A stretch of 64,000 bases of DNA. It comes from Haliotis rubra (lineage: Eukaryota). A model generated the notes under the pieces. That model saw nothing but the letters and a program-made list of their open reading frames with translations. It searched no databases and was not told the DNA's origin. This document shows, one piece after another, positions 50,429-63,730 of this stretch. The position numbers and the translations under genes are program-made. Each line of letters opens with the position of its first letter. Positions within the stretch are counted from its first letter, which is position 1. Location of the stretch: contig NW_025765204.1 in the NCBI RefSeq assembly GCF_003918875.1, positions 124,001 through 188,000 on the forward strand, read 5' to 3'.

Positions 50429-53400
50429 AACAAGATTTCAAGGATGAGTTTGAATGCATTACCTCAAAACATAGTCATGTCAGACATTATTTATTTTCCC
50501 TAGTCGGGGATGTGTGGATAAACGACATTCAACTGTACATAAAGCGCACTTTTGTTTACTGCTGTTTATTTCAGGTACAAGACCAACATCGCTGCCTTTA
50601 TAAACATTGTGAATGCCAGGCAAGGTCCATATTTGTGTATAGTGATAGTATTTTGGTGCTATGTTCAATTTCCCTCAAGAAAAGGTTGCTCCAAGAAGCA
50701 GGATGTAGATGAACCCAAAGCTTGCTTCTTGTTGCTTCTGTGGTAGTGTGCCAATATATACACCAATATGCGTAGCTTGTTTCCATAAGCTCGGAAGGGA
50801 ATAATTGTAATAATAATAATAATGTTTGAACCTTGTTATTCTGGACAGTAAACTTAAACCTGACTGTTTGGATTAACACGTTTCAAGACTTAATCAAATA
50901 TCCTGCACAAAATGGTGGATGGGGTGATGTGGATATCATTTACATGCTTTTAAAATGGTAGAGTTATAAGGAATTGCTGACTTTTCAGTGAATGAGTCTT
51001 AAGCTTCGCTCATGGGCCAGAAAATCTTTAATGAGAATGGTGTCATAAATATTGTTCTCAAGTTGTTGCCTGAGCAATTTGCTTGAACTCGCCATCACAT
51101 ATGAGAACTTAATTGCAAAATTGGAAAGTCATTGTGCTCAATCTGTCAACCTTAAAGGTGATTTTAAGATTTTCACGTTTCACAGTCTATTTATCATGTG
51201 AGTTGCTCCATGCACAATGCATGCTCAAAGTGCCCAAACAATCTGATTATTACCCCAGATAACAGAATCTGCCTGTTAAGCGCTGGAAGGTATTTATAAA
51301 GCCTCAGCATCAGCTGTTATCATTCATGAGATCATGTTGCTCGAATGACTAGATTTGTTACAAGCATTGTCAACATAATTGTCATCCGTAGTACATTTAT
51401 GGGGATGGGGTGGCCTAATGACTAATGCCTGGTTCCCCTTATTGGTAACAAACCCCACCCCCTCTATGTACATTAAATAGTTTAAAGATACAGAACTGAC
51501 TGTAAGCATGGTGTTTTTAGTCTATTTAATTAAGTTGGGGAGCTTATCAGATAAAACAGAAGCTTTTTATGTTTGTTGTTTCCCATTGATGTGGCTGTGT
51601 CTTGCAGACATGGATACAGAAGAGCAAAATTGCATGTTTGGAATGACATGCTTTTATAACTAATCAATATAGGCAATAGATTTTTTTACAAATAGGCACA
51701 GATTCTTGTCTGGCGGAGTCTCTGCAGAAAGTGTTGTTTTATTGCAAGTCATGTATTGTGCACCATTGGCATGCATGATGGTGTGTGGCTTTTATAAAAA
51801 TAAATGCATGTGTTTACTGAGAGTGTCTGTTGTTTATTAGAAAAATATAGATCCAGATGTGGTAGCCAGTGAAGAAGATCCCGAGAGCCTGCATTTAATG
51901 TGAGTTGTTTGAGCTGTGGTCTCCCATGCCAGGAGTTGGGACTGATTTGGGTTGAGGCTCACGTCATGGACTCGAGTATCCAACCAGGGGAGATAACTCA
52001 CACGTTCACTTCTCTAATGCCTGTTGCAAACATGTTAGGTTTTGCAGTCAATCTTGACTATCAAAGTGTTACCCAATACGTATCCGTGTTTGACAACTGA
52101 GTCGGTTTTGCAAGTGTTTAAGACGGGTCGGAGGGTAAAGAGACGCTCACCTTTTCGCGAATACCTGGTATCATCACTATTTGATAACATGGAATGCCTT
52201 TTAAGAATGCAACGACGGAAGCACCTGAGTAAATTAAGAAATTTAGTGAGAAGGACGCGAGATGATTTGGGAGGAGAAGCTGATTCCGTCTGTTAGAGAC
52301 TTACTTCTATTAGAGATCGGTACTCGCATCACAAATATGGTACTCTCATCTCCAGTATATGACATTTCATACCAAAGGTTAGCGTTGCGGTCCTATCCAA
52401 GACCAGGTTCTATACTCACATAGGTTTACTCAGTCCCTCTTCATGACAAAACGACCTGTGAAGATCCGGGGTAGAATAGGTCTTCAGCAACCCATTCTTG
52501 TCATAAAAGGCGACTATACTTGTCGTATGAGGCAACTAACGGGATCGGGTGGTCAGGCTCGCTGACTTGGTTGACACATGTCATCGGTTCCCAATTGCGC
52601 AGATCGATGCTCATGCTGTTGATCACTGGATTGTCTGGTCCAGACTCGATTATTTACAGACCGCCGCCATATAGCTGGAATATTGCTGAGTGCGGCGTAA
52701 AACTAAACTCACTCACTCACTCACACTCATTACAAACCCGTGAAGGTCCGGGTTAGAATTGATCTTCAGTAACCCATGCTTGTAAGAGGCGACTAACGGG
52801 ATCGGGTGGTGAGGCTTGCTGACTGGGTTGACACATGTCATCGTATCCCGTAGATCGATGTTGATGCTGTTGATCCCTGGATTGTCTGGTCCAGACTCGA
52901 TTATTTACGGTCCGCCGCCATATAGCTGGAATATTGCTGAGTGCGGCGTTAAACTAAACCCAATCACTCACTCACTCACTCACTCACTCAATCTTCATTA
53001 CAAGGTGACTCGGACTGGAAGGATATAGGGCGAGTTCTTTACCAAACGTGGAACTGCAACGATTGCGATACGAACGTTCTGCTGACTTTGAAACCACTTA
53101 GTGTTGACGGTGTCTTTTTTAAGGTGTTCGAGCCTGCTCCGCCCTGGTCACATGTCCTGATACAATATTTATGATTCGTTACATCATTCCATGGTTTCAT
53201 GTCGTACCTCGTTATCAGAGAATTACTGTAAACTATCCATCGGTGATTCACCGTTAAATACTTTAAGAGTCTCCTGCATTCTGTTACTCCACAGTTATTA
53301 TGTTCAATTATTTTATTATATCTCTTGACTAATTACCAAGCAGTGATAGCATCCATTCTATCACCAAATAACCGCAATTCTCAATAACGGGTTTGTTATC

Positions 53401-54799
53401 CTTGTCTTGTGTAGAAGATGAATTTTTAACCTTATAACGCTAGTCGTAAAATGGCCATAAGATAGGACTGCGTCGCTGATTCGACTTGTCCCGGAATAAC
53501 ACGTGCTGATCACGAATGTTTCAGAGAATGTACGTGACGTCATTTCCTCTGATTGCCTGTTCTTGTGACGTCATAATAGAATGTGCTGCAAACAGAATAT
53601 GAAATGTCTGTGCCTTCATGTTGGCACTTCAAGTTCAGTAAGAGTGATCCCCACATGATTTGATATGTTCTCGTCTATCGGAACTGGTGTAGCTGAGATT
53701 GTCCTTGGTTACACCTATGGCGTCACGTCAGATACAGTCACAAAAAAATCTAATATCGCCTTATCAGCTCAAGGAGCTCTTGTCGTCTTCGTCCATGCTC
53801 TTCTATGTTTCCGACCACGTTGAAGCAGGGACGTTCCTGTTCGTTGTTCATCTCCCCTGACACTCACACCTGATGTAGCATCGAATTCATTCTGGAACCG
53901 TAAAGGAATATTTTGAGTCCTCCAAGCTGGGCTTTTGTTTATGGGTAAGTTCTCTTCTGGGATGACCAGGTTAGAATATTAATTATCCGTCCGTCCGAGA
54001 TGATGGCGACAGATTTTCTCAGTTACCGTTACAGATAGGGAAACCTTTCCCAAATGTGGTATGTGTTTTCATGACATGAATCTTGTGGTGGAGTTTAAAA
54101 ACAGGAACCAAATGGGATGAGATGTTGATGACCATGTCTTCCTGTTTTACCTAAACCCCAAACCTCCTCAAAATAACCCTGCCCCTAATAAATAAAATAA
54201 ATTGAACGAAGCGGCACGAAAATGGCTGACGTGTCCAGTGTAGTGCATTGATAACTATACCTTTCTACATTGTCATGATTGTCAGGTTGCCCTATACATA
54301 ACTGATTATGTTTAACCTCTTGGGTGTCGAGTTATAGTCGAGTGAATTTTTGTGCGTGGTGTTTTATTTAGTTACAAAGTGATGGTTGAAGAGAGTGAGT
54401 GAGTACGGCAGTACGCCGCTTTAAGCAATAATCCAGCAGTATCACGGCGGGGGACACCAGAAATTGGCTTCATCCTCTACCAATGAGTAGGTAATGGAAC
54501 CCGGGTCGGCGTGACGAGAGAACACGTTAATCACTATGTTACCCTACCGCCCCTGCTGGTTGAAGAGATGGACATTTATAAGAAGGTCCAGGCAAAAGTC
54601 CCATTGGTTGATGTTGCCCTATTGTTTTTACAAACAGCTAGTATATTTAATCTGAAAACGTTCTTTTTTGTTATAGAGACTACTTTCCGTACGAGGATTG
54701 CTGATGCCACTAACAAATGCCACAAACTGAGTCCAGATACCTTCGTATAAAGCTGCCGGAATGTAACACACAACAGTTTAAAGTGGTGAAAGGTAAAGC

Positions 54800-57700
54800 A
54801 TGGTAGACCGAATCCACGTGTTAATCAAACTTCATTTGGACCAGCTGGAGAATATGGGCATGGCCACCGAGTATTATACCACACACAAACAATGCTGTTC
54901 TCTGATTGGACAAAATGAATACCGGGCTGAACATCAGGACATACCTTCCACCGGGAACTTATCATGTCGGTTCTGTCTGAGGATAAATCACGGCCATAAC
55001 GTATCAAGGATCCGTTTGTACATGGATCAGAATTATATGTTTTCGTTTTGTGTTTACGATTGCAACGAAGACAGCGCCAGTCTCAACATGAACAATAACA
55101 GTAATTATACTGATTCAAGTAGCTGTGGCGGGAAAGTACAATCTTCCCGATCCATGACATCCGTCCCAACCAGTACGTTCACTGGATACTTGATGAGTTC
55201 GCGGCTGCTTGGGTCGAGGTCACGAGACACCTCCAACGGCTACGGCATTGTGTACAGATCGCGCAACACACGAAGAGATACACGTCATTCATTATTCGAT
55301 GTACGTGCTCCAGCGTTGTCCATCTTGTCTAGAGCAGAGGGTCTGACAGATATTTACGCCAAGACCAAGCAGCAGCAGTTACGTACCCTGGGTAAGGTGG
55401 GGTCGGCTGGAGGAACACCCGTCGACAAGGTTGGGCAGGAAACAGTGTTTTCAAAGAAACCCAGGACAACCCCTACCATTTTGACTGGTGGTTTAAGGGT
55501 TATAAATACCGGTACTCGGTCTGATCTAGAGATTTCTGGTGCTGCTGTACAGAACATCCACGACTTCCGGTCTGGTCTAGACATCACAGATAGTTTTGTA
55601 CAGAACGTCCACGACCTCCGGTCTGGTCTAGACGTCATAGATAGGTCTGTACAGGCCATTCACAGCTTTGAGCCTGGTGCAGCCGTCACAGATTGTTCTG
55701 TACAGACCATCCACAGCGTTGAACCTGGGGCAGACGTCACACATAGGTATGTACAGACCATCCACCACAGCTTTGAGCCTGGGACACACGTCACAGATAG
55801 GTATGTACAGACCATCCACAGCGTTGAACCTGGGGCAGACGTCACACATAGGTATGTACAGACCATCCACAGCTTTGAGCCTGGGACACACGTCACAGAT
55901 ATGTACAGACCATCCACAGCGTTGAACCTGGGGCAGACGTCACAGATAGTTCTGTACAGGCCATCCACAGCATTGAACCTGGGGCAGACGTCACAGATAA
56001 TTCTGTACAGACCATCCACAGCATTGAACCTGGGGCAGACGTCACAAATATTTCTGTACAGACTATAAATAGCTTCCTTTCTGGTGTGGACGTCTCAAAT
56101 ACCTGTAGTTCTGAACAGACCATCTACAGTTTTCAGTCTGATCTGCCACAACGATTTGATCATAACTCCAATAAACCTGTGCTCGACGTTTCACGGACAC
56201 GGCAGACTAATGGAGATATATTGAAGATATCTTCGATTGCAACAGCAAGGCAAACGGCATTGGTAGATGCGGACTTGGCGAGTACTTCTTGGATACATCA
56301 TAGCAGGTACGACTGGTTCCGTTCGTTGGTCACAAAGGAATCGTCCATTTGATATGTCCTTATTCCCTTATACACACAAAGTATCCTGTAGTCGGCCTCT
56401 AAAGAGTATGGTGTTATATGTTTCTCTTGTTAGAAATCCTTATCTGTTTTCAGAGGATTTTACTCTGCGTTGTAACTATAGGTATATGCTTAAACATGTA
56501 TAACAGCTTGTAGAAGCGTCTCTGTACGACGCTGGGATAATCTAGTTATTATACTATGACAGTCCATTGTCAACAGGTTTCCACAACGGTGTCTTAGGGG
56601 GTTAGATCACTGACTTTGTCCGACCAATGCTTGACTCTGAGAGTGTGGGTGCGAATCCCGATTTTACTCAACCTACCAAAAGTACTAAAATCTGTACTTT
56701 ACTGGAAAAGTGTAATCTCAGATATAACATATATTTACATAACAGGTTTTATACAAAATTATAGTTGTTATAATAACATTATCAGATCACCGCTATAAGG
56801 ATGCATTATGGCCGATGCGGTGTAGCCTTTCACTCACTCACTGACTAATGTCGCTTTCTTGTCCCTATTTCCAGAAGAGCTCTTCACAACTCACTAAGAC
56901 CCTGTGGCTGCAACACATCAGGCCAGGAAAGACACTGCTACAACAAAGAGAAGCCTTTCACATCGCAGTTTGTGTTCAAGAAGTTGTTTGGTCCAGATTT
57001 CCGTGTAGCTAAGCACTACTGGCATATCGAACCTCCTGTCCTTCCACCACCATGTGTAAAATACAAAGGCAAATGTGATGTATTTCTAAACCATATTATA
57101 GGTCGGGGAACGTTTGCAGAGATTGCCATAGCAACACTGCACGTAGACAGACAGTGGAGGTACGTTGTGCTCAAGGAACACTACACTGACATGGTTTCAA
57201 AGGACCATGTGTTCCGTGAGGCAAAGATGACTATGTACTTGGAACCTACTGGTTGTGTACCAGTATGTTATGGCCTAATTCAGGACGGAATTGGTAGTCA
57301 TAGTGTTGTCCTGGAACTCGTCGGAACAGGCTCCACCTTGAGCGATGTTCTGGGAAAGGAAACCCTGTTGAAGCAACATTGGCTGAGCATTGCATGGCAG
57401 CTGGCAGAGGGCCTGAGTAAGATCCACGAGATGGACATTCTGATCAACGACGTCAAGCCGGACAACGTGTTGGTGGATCTGTCCAGCCCAGTCCCTGTCG
57501 TGAAGTACTGCGACTTTGGATGTGGGTCCTATAGGTATGGCATTGTATTCACGGATCCGGACATGGAACAGTTTGTCCACCTAGCTCCTGAAGTTCGTGC
57601 GGCTGGTCAGACATCAAAGGCTAACGACGTGTACGGTTTAGGGAGAATGTTGGGACAGATTGTTGATGTGTCTGGGATTTCGGCAATAGTAACACCGTGT

Positions 57701-58015
57701 CAGAGATGTATGGATGACAACCCTGATCTCCGGATCTCAGCTGGGGAGGCAAGTGCGTGGCTGAATGCTGTTCACAAAGAAGTGGAAGACACGTCAGATC
57801 CATACGTCTCCAGCGGCTACGGGTCGGCGTCATCTTCCTCCTACACCTCTCAGTCAGAGCACCCTACAGGTCGTAACTGTTCGAATCCAAGTGACACGCG
57901 GCATCAGATTAATGTGTCAAGTCTAAATATTCTTATCCTACTAATCCTCATGATAGTCATGGCATTGCATCCGTGGGTTATTGGTCCCTGCTGTTACTAT
58001 AAGTGCTGCATATAG
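54800..58015 (+). CDS. Two-exon gene: disordered N-terminus, 17-aa tandem repeats, divergent protein kinase, C-terminal TM and Cys-rich tail (one frameshift in the repeats)
   Basis: Exon 1 about 54800-56306 (start ATG uncertain: 54800, 55022 or 55088) with phase-2 donor AG|GTACGA; exon 2 56875-58015 after the tttccAG acceptor, phase-compatible and open. Kinase motifs GRGTFAEI, VVLK, INDVKPDN, DFG, HLAPE, DVYGLG. A 4-nt deletion at about 55899 shifts the frame between ORF 54800 and the 56086 ORF. Confidence 0.72.
55546..56140 (+). repeat. 51-bp coding tandem repeat (VQTIHSVEPGADVTDxx, about 12 units)
   Basis: gtacagaccatccacagcgttgaacctggggcagacgtcacagatagttct units; diverged outer units keep the frame and the V-Q-x-I-H-x-F pattern. 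Confidence 0.9.
56586..56843 (+). mobile_element. tRNA-headed SINE in the kinase-2 intron
   Basis: Degenerate A/B boxes (cttagggggttag / gtgcgaatccc) and a (CACT)n tail. Confidence 0.5.
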
Positions 58016-59176
58016 TTCCTTCCTAGGGGAACGGGGGCGGTGGGGTAGCCTAGTGGTTAAAGTGTTCTCTCGTCACGCCGAAGACCCGGGTTCGATTCCC
58101 CACATGGGTACAATGTGTGAAGCCCATTTCTGGTGTTCCCCGCTCTGATATTGCTTGAATAGTGCTAAAAGCGGCGTAAAACTATACTCACTCAATCCTA
58201 GTGAAACGAGCATGTGTCCTTTATCCGTGCCAGGATTCTTGCGGTGTCAGCATTACATATTTGCTCGTTTCACCAGTCTCATTTGAACACCTTATTAGTG
58301 AGTTGTTTTCCCCTATGTTGATCGAGACTCACAAACACTAGTTTGCCTTTCCAAGCACCGAACAGACTTTGATTGTCGCCGTGAACTGACATTAATATGC
58401 CGACGACGGAGACTGTCAACCATTCATGGAGTGACCCACTTCGATATGTATATATCCGCTTATAACCTGATATAATCACATTGTCTAGTATCACTACCAA
58501 AATATAAATCATTGGCACTTGCACATCAATCCACGTTTCATAAACAGTTATACAATGTCATATAAGAAGTATTTGTTAGAAGATATACTGTATTTATTTT
58601 TCTATATATTCTACATAATTGTTCAATATGTATTTTCCCTAGCTTTTGATACCCAATTACTGGAATTGAATATATGTGTGAAATAGTTAATAAATGTATG
58701 TGATTTTCTTTAATTACTGAGAGAAAAAACTGCCAGACAAAAGACCGATGTTTGATGGTGGCCAGAAATCTCAATATCACATGACAAAATCAGTCACATG
58801 TCCTGAATGCCCCAACGTATTAAATGTATGCTTGAGTTAATCGCAGTTTGTGGTTTTTAACATTCAAAACCAGGGGCCGGATTCACTAAACTTCTTAGAA
58901 TTTTCTTAGATTTATGCTTAAGTTTCCTTAAGGAATTCTTAGCTGAGAATTTATCTTAAGTAGCAATCCACCAAGCCACTAAGCATAAATCTTAGCTGAG
59001 ATATTTTAAAATTCTTAGAATTTTCTTAGTGAGAAACGCATGGGATTATGGGATACAAATTTATGCTAAGAATATTCTTAGATGACGTATTGGAAATCCC
59101 CGTATCTATTAATAGCATAGTTGAACTCTCCTCGCGTGGAGATAGAAAAAAACATACGCAGACGACAACAATCAGA

Positions 59177-62100
59177 ATGGAGAAGAAAAGTGTCAGAAAA
59201 CCCAACTGGACGGCCGAACAGACCTTGTATTTAACTCGCCTTGTTGAGGAAAACAAGGCTGTGTTACTCGGCAAGTTTGGACCGGGCGTGACATCTGCGC
59301 GAAAGAAGGAAATTTGGACACATATTACTATGCAGATCAATGCCACCTTCACAGGTAAGTGACGATCGTAAATTTTGAGTGCACTTTAAAATGTTATCAC
59401 CTTGTATATGTAACTGTAAAGTATTTGCCTCCTACAATAATTAATGTATTTTTATTGATTTGTAAAAGAATTTAAACGTTGAAGTAAGTGCAAGTTTAAA
59501 AGCGAGATGGTTCATATGTGCTATTTTCGATCACCAATCTCAAAACGGAAGGATTTCCGCCCGTAACCCCCGTATTTATTTCCAATCATTATTTGCCTGA
59601 GGATATCCGCCTATGTTTTTTATAAACAGGCTATACCTAACCTAAAACCCTAAAATCCAACCCCAAACATTACCCTAAACCCTTGAAATAATCCTAATAA
59701 ATAGAATACATTTCAAGCGGGGGTTACGGGCGGAACTCTTACCATCAAAACTTTGACGAGTGATATTGGATTTATGCATTCAAACATCATATTGTTTGTG
59801 CATATCAACTGATTATAATCATTTGAAGTAACAAATACTGAAATCAAATGTTACACATCTTCTGTTGTAACAGCTTACAAGTATACTACAACCGACATGC
59901 TTAGTATGTTCATTGAAATAGTAATGTATTTGGGCCAGTTTTTTTGTATCTAGTCAAATGTCAATGAAAATGATAACAGTGAATTAGGGTTGGTTTGACA
60001 TGTTGATAATTCTGTAAATTTATCTCAGAAATATAGGTTGATATTCAGGTATTTATCAAGGCAGGTAAGATATTTCTATCGCAGGTTTTCATGTGAAGGA
60101 ATCACACATGAAACATTCTATTTCACCCAAGTGCGAAGTAAGCACACATGTATCATTTTATTTTACCCAAGTGTGAAAGACTCACACATTTTCATTTTAT
60201 TTTACCCAGTGTGAAAGACTCACACATTTTCATTTTATTTTACCCAGTGTGAAAGACTCACACATTATCATTTTATTTTACCCAGTGTGAAAGACTCACA
60301 CATTATCATTTTATTGTACTGCAGTACTTTTCATGAAGAAATGACCCATTTGTTTTGTTGTGTTTGCAGAATATTTCTCATGTGTACCATTATTTTATTT
60401 AATCAAACACTGACCCTATGATTTATTGTTCATTATTTTGACTCCCTTAAAGCTTTTGAATGGCAGTCCATTATGTGGAGTTGGTTCAATTCCAACCAGA
60501 GGCATACACAGAGTCAACATTTATCTGTTTTCATGTTAATATTAACAATAGTATGTTGAAAATAGCACTAATATTGTGAAATGTGACTAATATTAGTGGG
60601 CCAAGTGGGCCCTTATCATACCTTCAGACTGAACCTTTGTTAATATCATAATTGGGTTGTCAGTACCATTACATAATAAATTTTAAAATGTGAATTTAAT
60701 GTAAATGAAAATATTTGATTTCATATTTGTGTCCTCAATTGTTTCATGAAATGTTTTTTTCATTTTTTCCCAGGATGTGTCAGGACAAATGACGAGGTGG
60801 AGAAAAAGTGGCATAATACCCAGTCGAAGTCCAAGTCTGAAATTGCAGCATATAAGAAAGGGGCTGTATCTACAGGTAAGAGCTCAAATATAGATTTATG
60901 GTCCATACTTATTGATTTTGGACAGTCTGTGTGTGATGAAAAGTGATTACTTTGAAGGAGTATAAATTGAGTAATAAATGGTCATGGGTGTAACGGGTTG
61001 TGATGGGTAAGAATGACGTTCAAACACAGGCTATGGGTGTGAGGTTTTATTTGCAGTTAGAGAGGTAACGACACCCTGCAATACACAAAACAATAACATA
61101 AGGCAATATCATAAAAACATGATGCATCTTTCACATACGAGTACCTTACAATTACACATTCACATTCGCATATAATATATTTGTTAATGAGGCATAAAAT
61201 CATTGTCTTGATTACATAAAGAATTCATCAAGGGCGATAACTATATTTATGGGTACTATACATGAGGTATACAAATGTACAATGAACATGGATCATTGTT
61301 ATAAAGTACATTACATGTTCTCAATACAATAATTAATTATCACTTTGTGGCACCAATGATACAGATGGCAATCAGTGATACATATGTATCATAATATGTT
61401 ATTTACAATATATACTATTCACAACAAACTATTCAGAACTGGTGTCTGCCACAATGGTAATAATAATAATGAGAGAATGATGTATGAGTATAGATTATAT
61501 AGGCAATGTCAGATCATATTATTACTTACTAGTATGTGACATTATTTAGAGCTTACCAAAAGAAGTGCAAGTGATAAATGACATTGGTCAGTGTGCAAAT
61601 TAGGCTGTTTACAGGGTCTTGAATTGAACAAAATATATTCACCCCAAAAATCCCCTGACAAAATAAGTTGAATAGACCGTCATGAAAAATATGAATTTAA
61701 ACTACGTCTGATTATGTTTCAAGCCATGGGTAATTATGAAATTATCTATACATTGCAGGTGGTGGGCCGTCACCTTGTCCACTTTTAACTGAAACAGCAG
61801 AAGTCGTGTGGGACATACTTGGGAAGGACAATGTGTCCATATCAGGAATACCAGATTCAATGGACTCAACTCTACTGCAGATAAATGAGTCTACTCAGTC
61901 AAGGTTTGTCAAAACATTCAGCTTTACTGTATGTCATTAGATAATTCCTTCAATAAAATTGGTTGCATTACATTCCAAATATTGATAACAAATTTTATTT
62001 CCAAAATAAACTATTGATGAAATCCAAAATGTAAAAATCACATATCAAGAAGATTATAAAGCTCTCTTTCCAACATTTATCCCTTTACTGCCTTTAATGT

Positions 62101-62413
62101 TTGATATTTATAATTGAATACATGATAACAAGTAAAACTGATTATAGTTTATTTACATTTCAGTGATGCCATGTCATTTTTAGACATCCAGGCTCTGACA
62201 GCAGTGGGAGGGTGCCTGGAAATGGTCACCAGTGTGGCAGATGTGGCAGATGTGGCGGTTACTCCAAGCAATCCGAGTGATGCAGCAGTTCCCACTGTCA
62301 AGGCCGTACACACAGTCCCTGCAGCAGCAAGTGGTGGAAGATGTGCTCCACCAGCAAGGAGATCAATCTTGAACCATGCCTTGAATGTGATGAACTGTAT
62401 CATAAGAAGATGA
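59177..62413 (+). CDS. Harbinger-associated Myb/SANT-like DNA-binding protein (NAIF1/MSANTD-like), 4 exons
   Basis: Exons 59177-59354, 60774-60875, 61759-61903, 62164-62413 (phases consistent): MEKKSVRKPNWTAEQTLYLTRLVEENKAVLLGKF...KKEIWTHITMQIN...RTNDEVEKKWHN...STGGGPSP. A coiled-coil C-terminus (…KKMKLEIEVLELKKKMMEHKLKKFMEE*, to 62487) lies in another frame, suggesting a frameshift. Confidence 0.8.
59547..59743. mobile_element. Merlin-like MITE in intron 1 of the Myb gene
   Basis: TIR GGAAGGATTTCCGCCCGTAACCCC / GGGGTTACGGGCGGAACTCTTACC; 8-bp TSD ctcaaaac/atcaaaac. Confidence 0.65.
60100..60320. repeat. About 38-bp tandem repeat (about 5 copies)
   Basis: cacacatt(t/a)tcattttattttacccagtgtgaaagact repeated. 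Confidence 0.85.
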
Positions 62414-62579
62414 AATTAGAAATTGAGGTTCTTGAACTAAAAAAGAAAATGATGGAACACAAACTAAAGAAATTTATGGAAGAGTAGAAGACTACTCATG
62501 CTTCTCAAAATGTACATATTTCTTAATAGCTGGCCAAAATACTTGTAACAATATGGTTCTTGCAAATATTTTCTTAAAG

Positions 62580-63235
62580 TCAACAAATCTACTTCATTAA
62601 ACATGGTTCAAGCCTAATGTAGGTATCCACATGATGCTTAAGGCACTCGATGAGTGTGGGAGAAGTACATGCGCTAGTAAGGTTAAACATATACGGTACT
62701 GTTTCAATTTGGTTTGGGATTGGGTTATGCTTGGCTTAGTCACAATGTTGCAGATTCAAAGGCTTTCATATCTATGTTCAAACAGAGGTTATGTGATAAT
62801 TTACAGGAGTCATGGTACTCCTCTGTGGAATCTTCACCTAAATGTTATCTCTACAAAGCCCACAAATATTTTTTTGAATGTTGAAAAGTACTTATGTTGT
62901 GATTTACCTTTACATGTAAGGAATGCTATTCCAGATTTAGATGCTCAAATTTTAAAATTGCCATAGAAACAGGAAGATACGCTAATGCTGATAGACATCT
63001 AAGGCTGTGTAGCCACTGTAAAAAAAGAATAATGTCAATATTATTGAGGACATATATCATATTTTGCTGGAATGTGCACTATATGTTGATATTAGAAACA
63101 AATACCTTATTGACATATATAATGATATGTCTGTTGTTAATATTTTAAAAGATTCAAACACAATTACTGTATATAATGTTGGAAATTCCCTCTATCATGC
63201 AGAGCAGAGGATCAACTTAAAATATGCTCAGTAAC
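62580..63235 (+). mobile_element. Degenerate RTE-X-like LINE 3' fragment between the two Harbinger genes
   Basis: RFRCSNFKIAIETGRYANADRHLRLCSHC and IIEDIYHILLECALYVDIRNKY: same C-terminal CCHC region as the 14262 element. Confidence 0.75.
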
Positions 63236-63562
63236 TGAAATCTAATGATGTTTGTATTTTGGGCCTGACTCCCCTTTACCCTTTCTTGGTGAATGTGGCA
63301 GATTCCCTCTTCAACTTACTTATATGTCAAGGTCAGGTTAATATTTGTGTAGACTTTTAACTCTTCCAAGTTGTAGATTACCTCATCAATTTTATTTAAT
63401 GTTAAAGTCTTTGGATGAATGTGGACATATAGCAACCACAGAATGAAAACATCTATTACATTCTTTGTGAGTTTTAAATGATGTTTATATTAAAGTTAAA
63501 TTAATTTGGTACTAAATCTTTTACTGTCATGTTGATGAAAATATCCAATAATTTGCCTTACC

Positions 63563-63730
63563 CTAGAAGTGAGTGTTGGCAAAGTGATCCCTGTAAATCA
63601 GGTTATGTCCAGACAACTGTGGCACAATCTGTGGTTGGTCGCCGTCATCTGGGTCAATCGATTCACCATCAGGCAAGGGGATGTTTCGCAACTTGCATAT
63701 GTTGTGCAAAACTGCACAACATGTGATCAC
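63563..63730 (-). CDS. Last exon of Harbinger (HARBI1-like DDE) transposase
   Basis: After a ttttcacaacAG acceptor: VITCCAVLHNICKLRNIPLPDGESIDPDDGDQPQIVPQLSGHNLIYRDHFANTHF*; CCxxLHNIC followed by an acidic stretch and R..(F/I)...F is the characteristic HARBI1/PIF C-terminus. Confidence 0.8.
   Translation of the reverse strand: MITCCAVLHNICKLRNIPLPDGESIDPDDGDQPQIVPQLSGHNLIYRDHFANTHF

Noticed and set aside
52520-53028. Recurrent ORFs MLMLLITGLSGPDSIIYRPPPYSWNIAEC
   Set aside because: Translations of Meta-SINE copies, not a protein family.
52042-53900. Short coding-looking stretches between LDLRAP1 and the repeat-kinase gene
   Set aside because: No recognisable motifs and no consistent splice or phase chain could be built.
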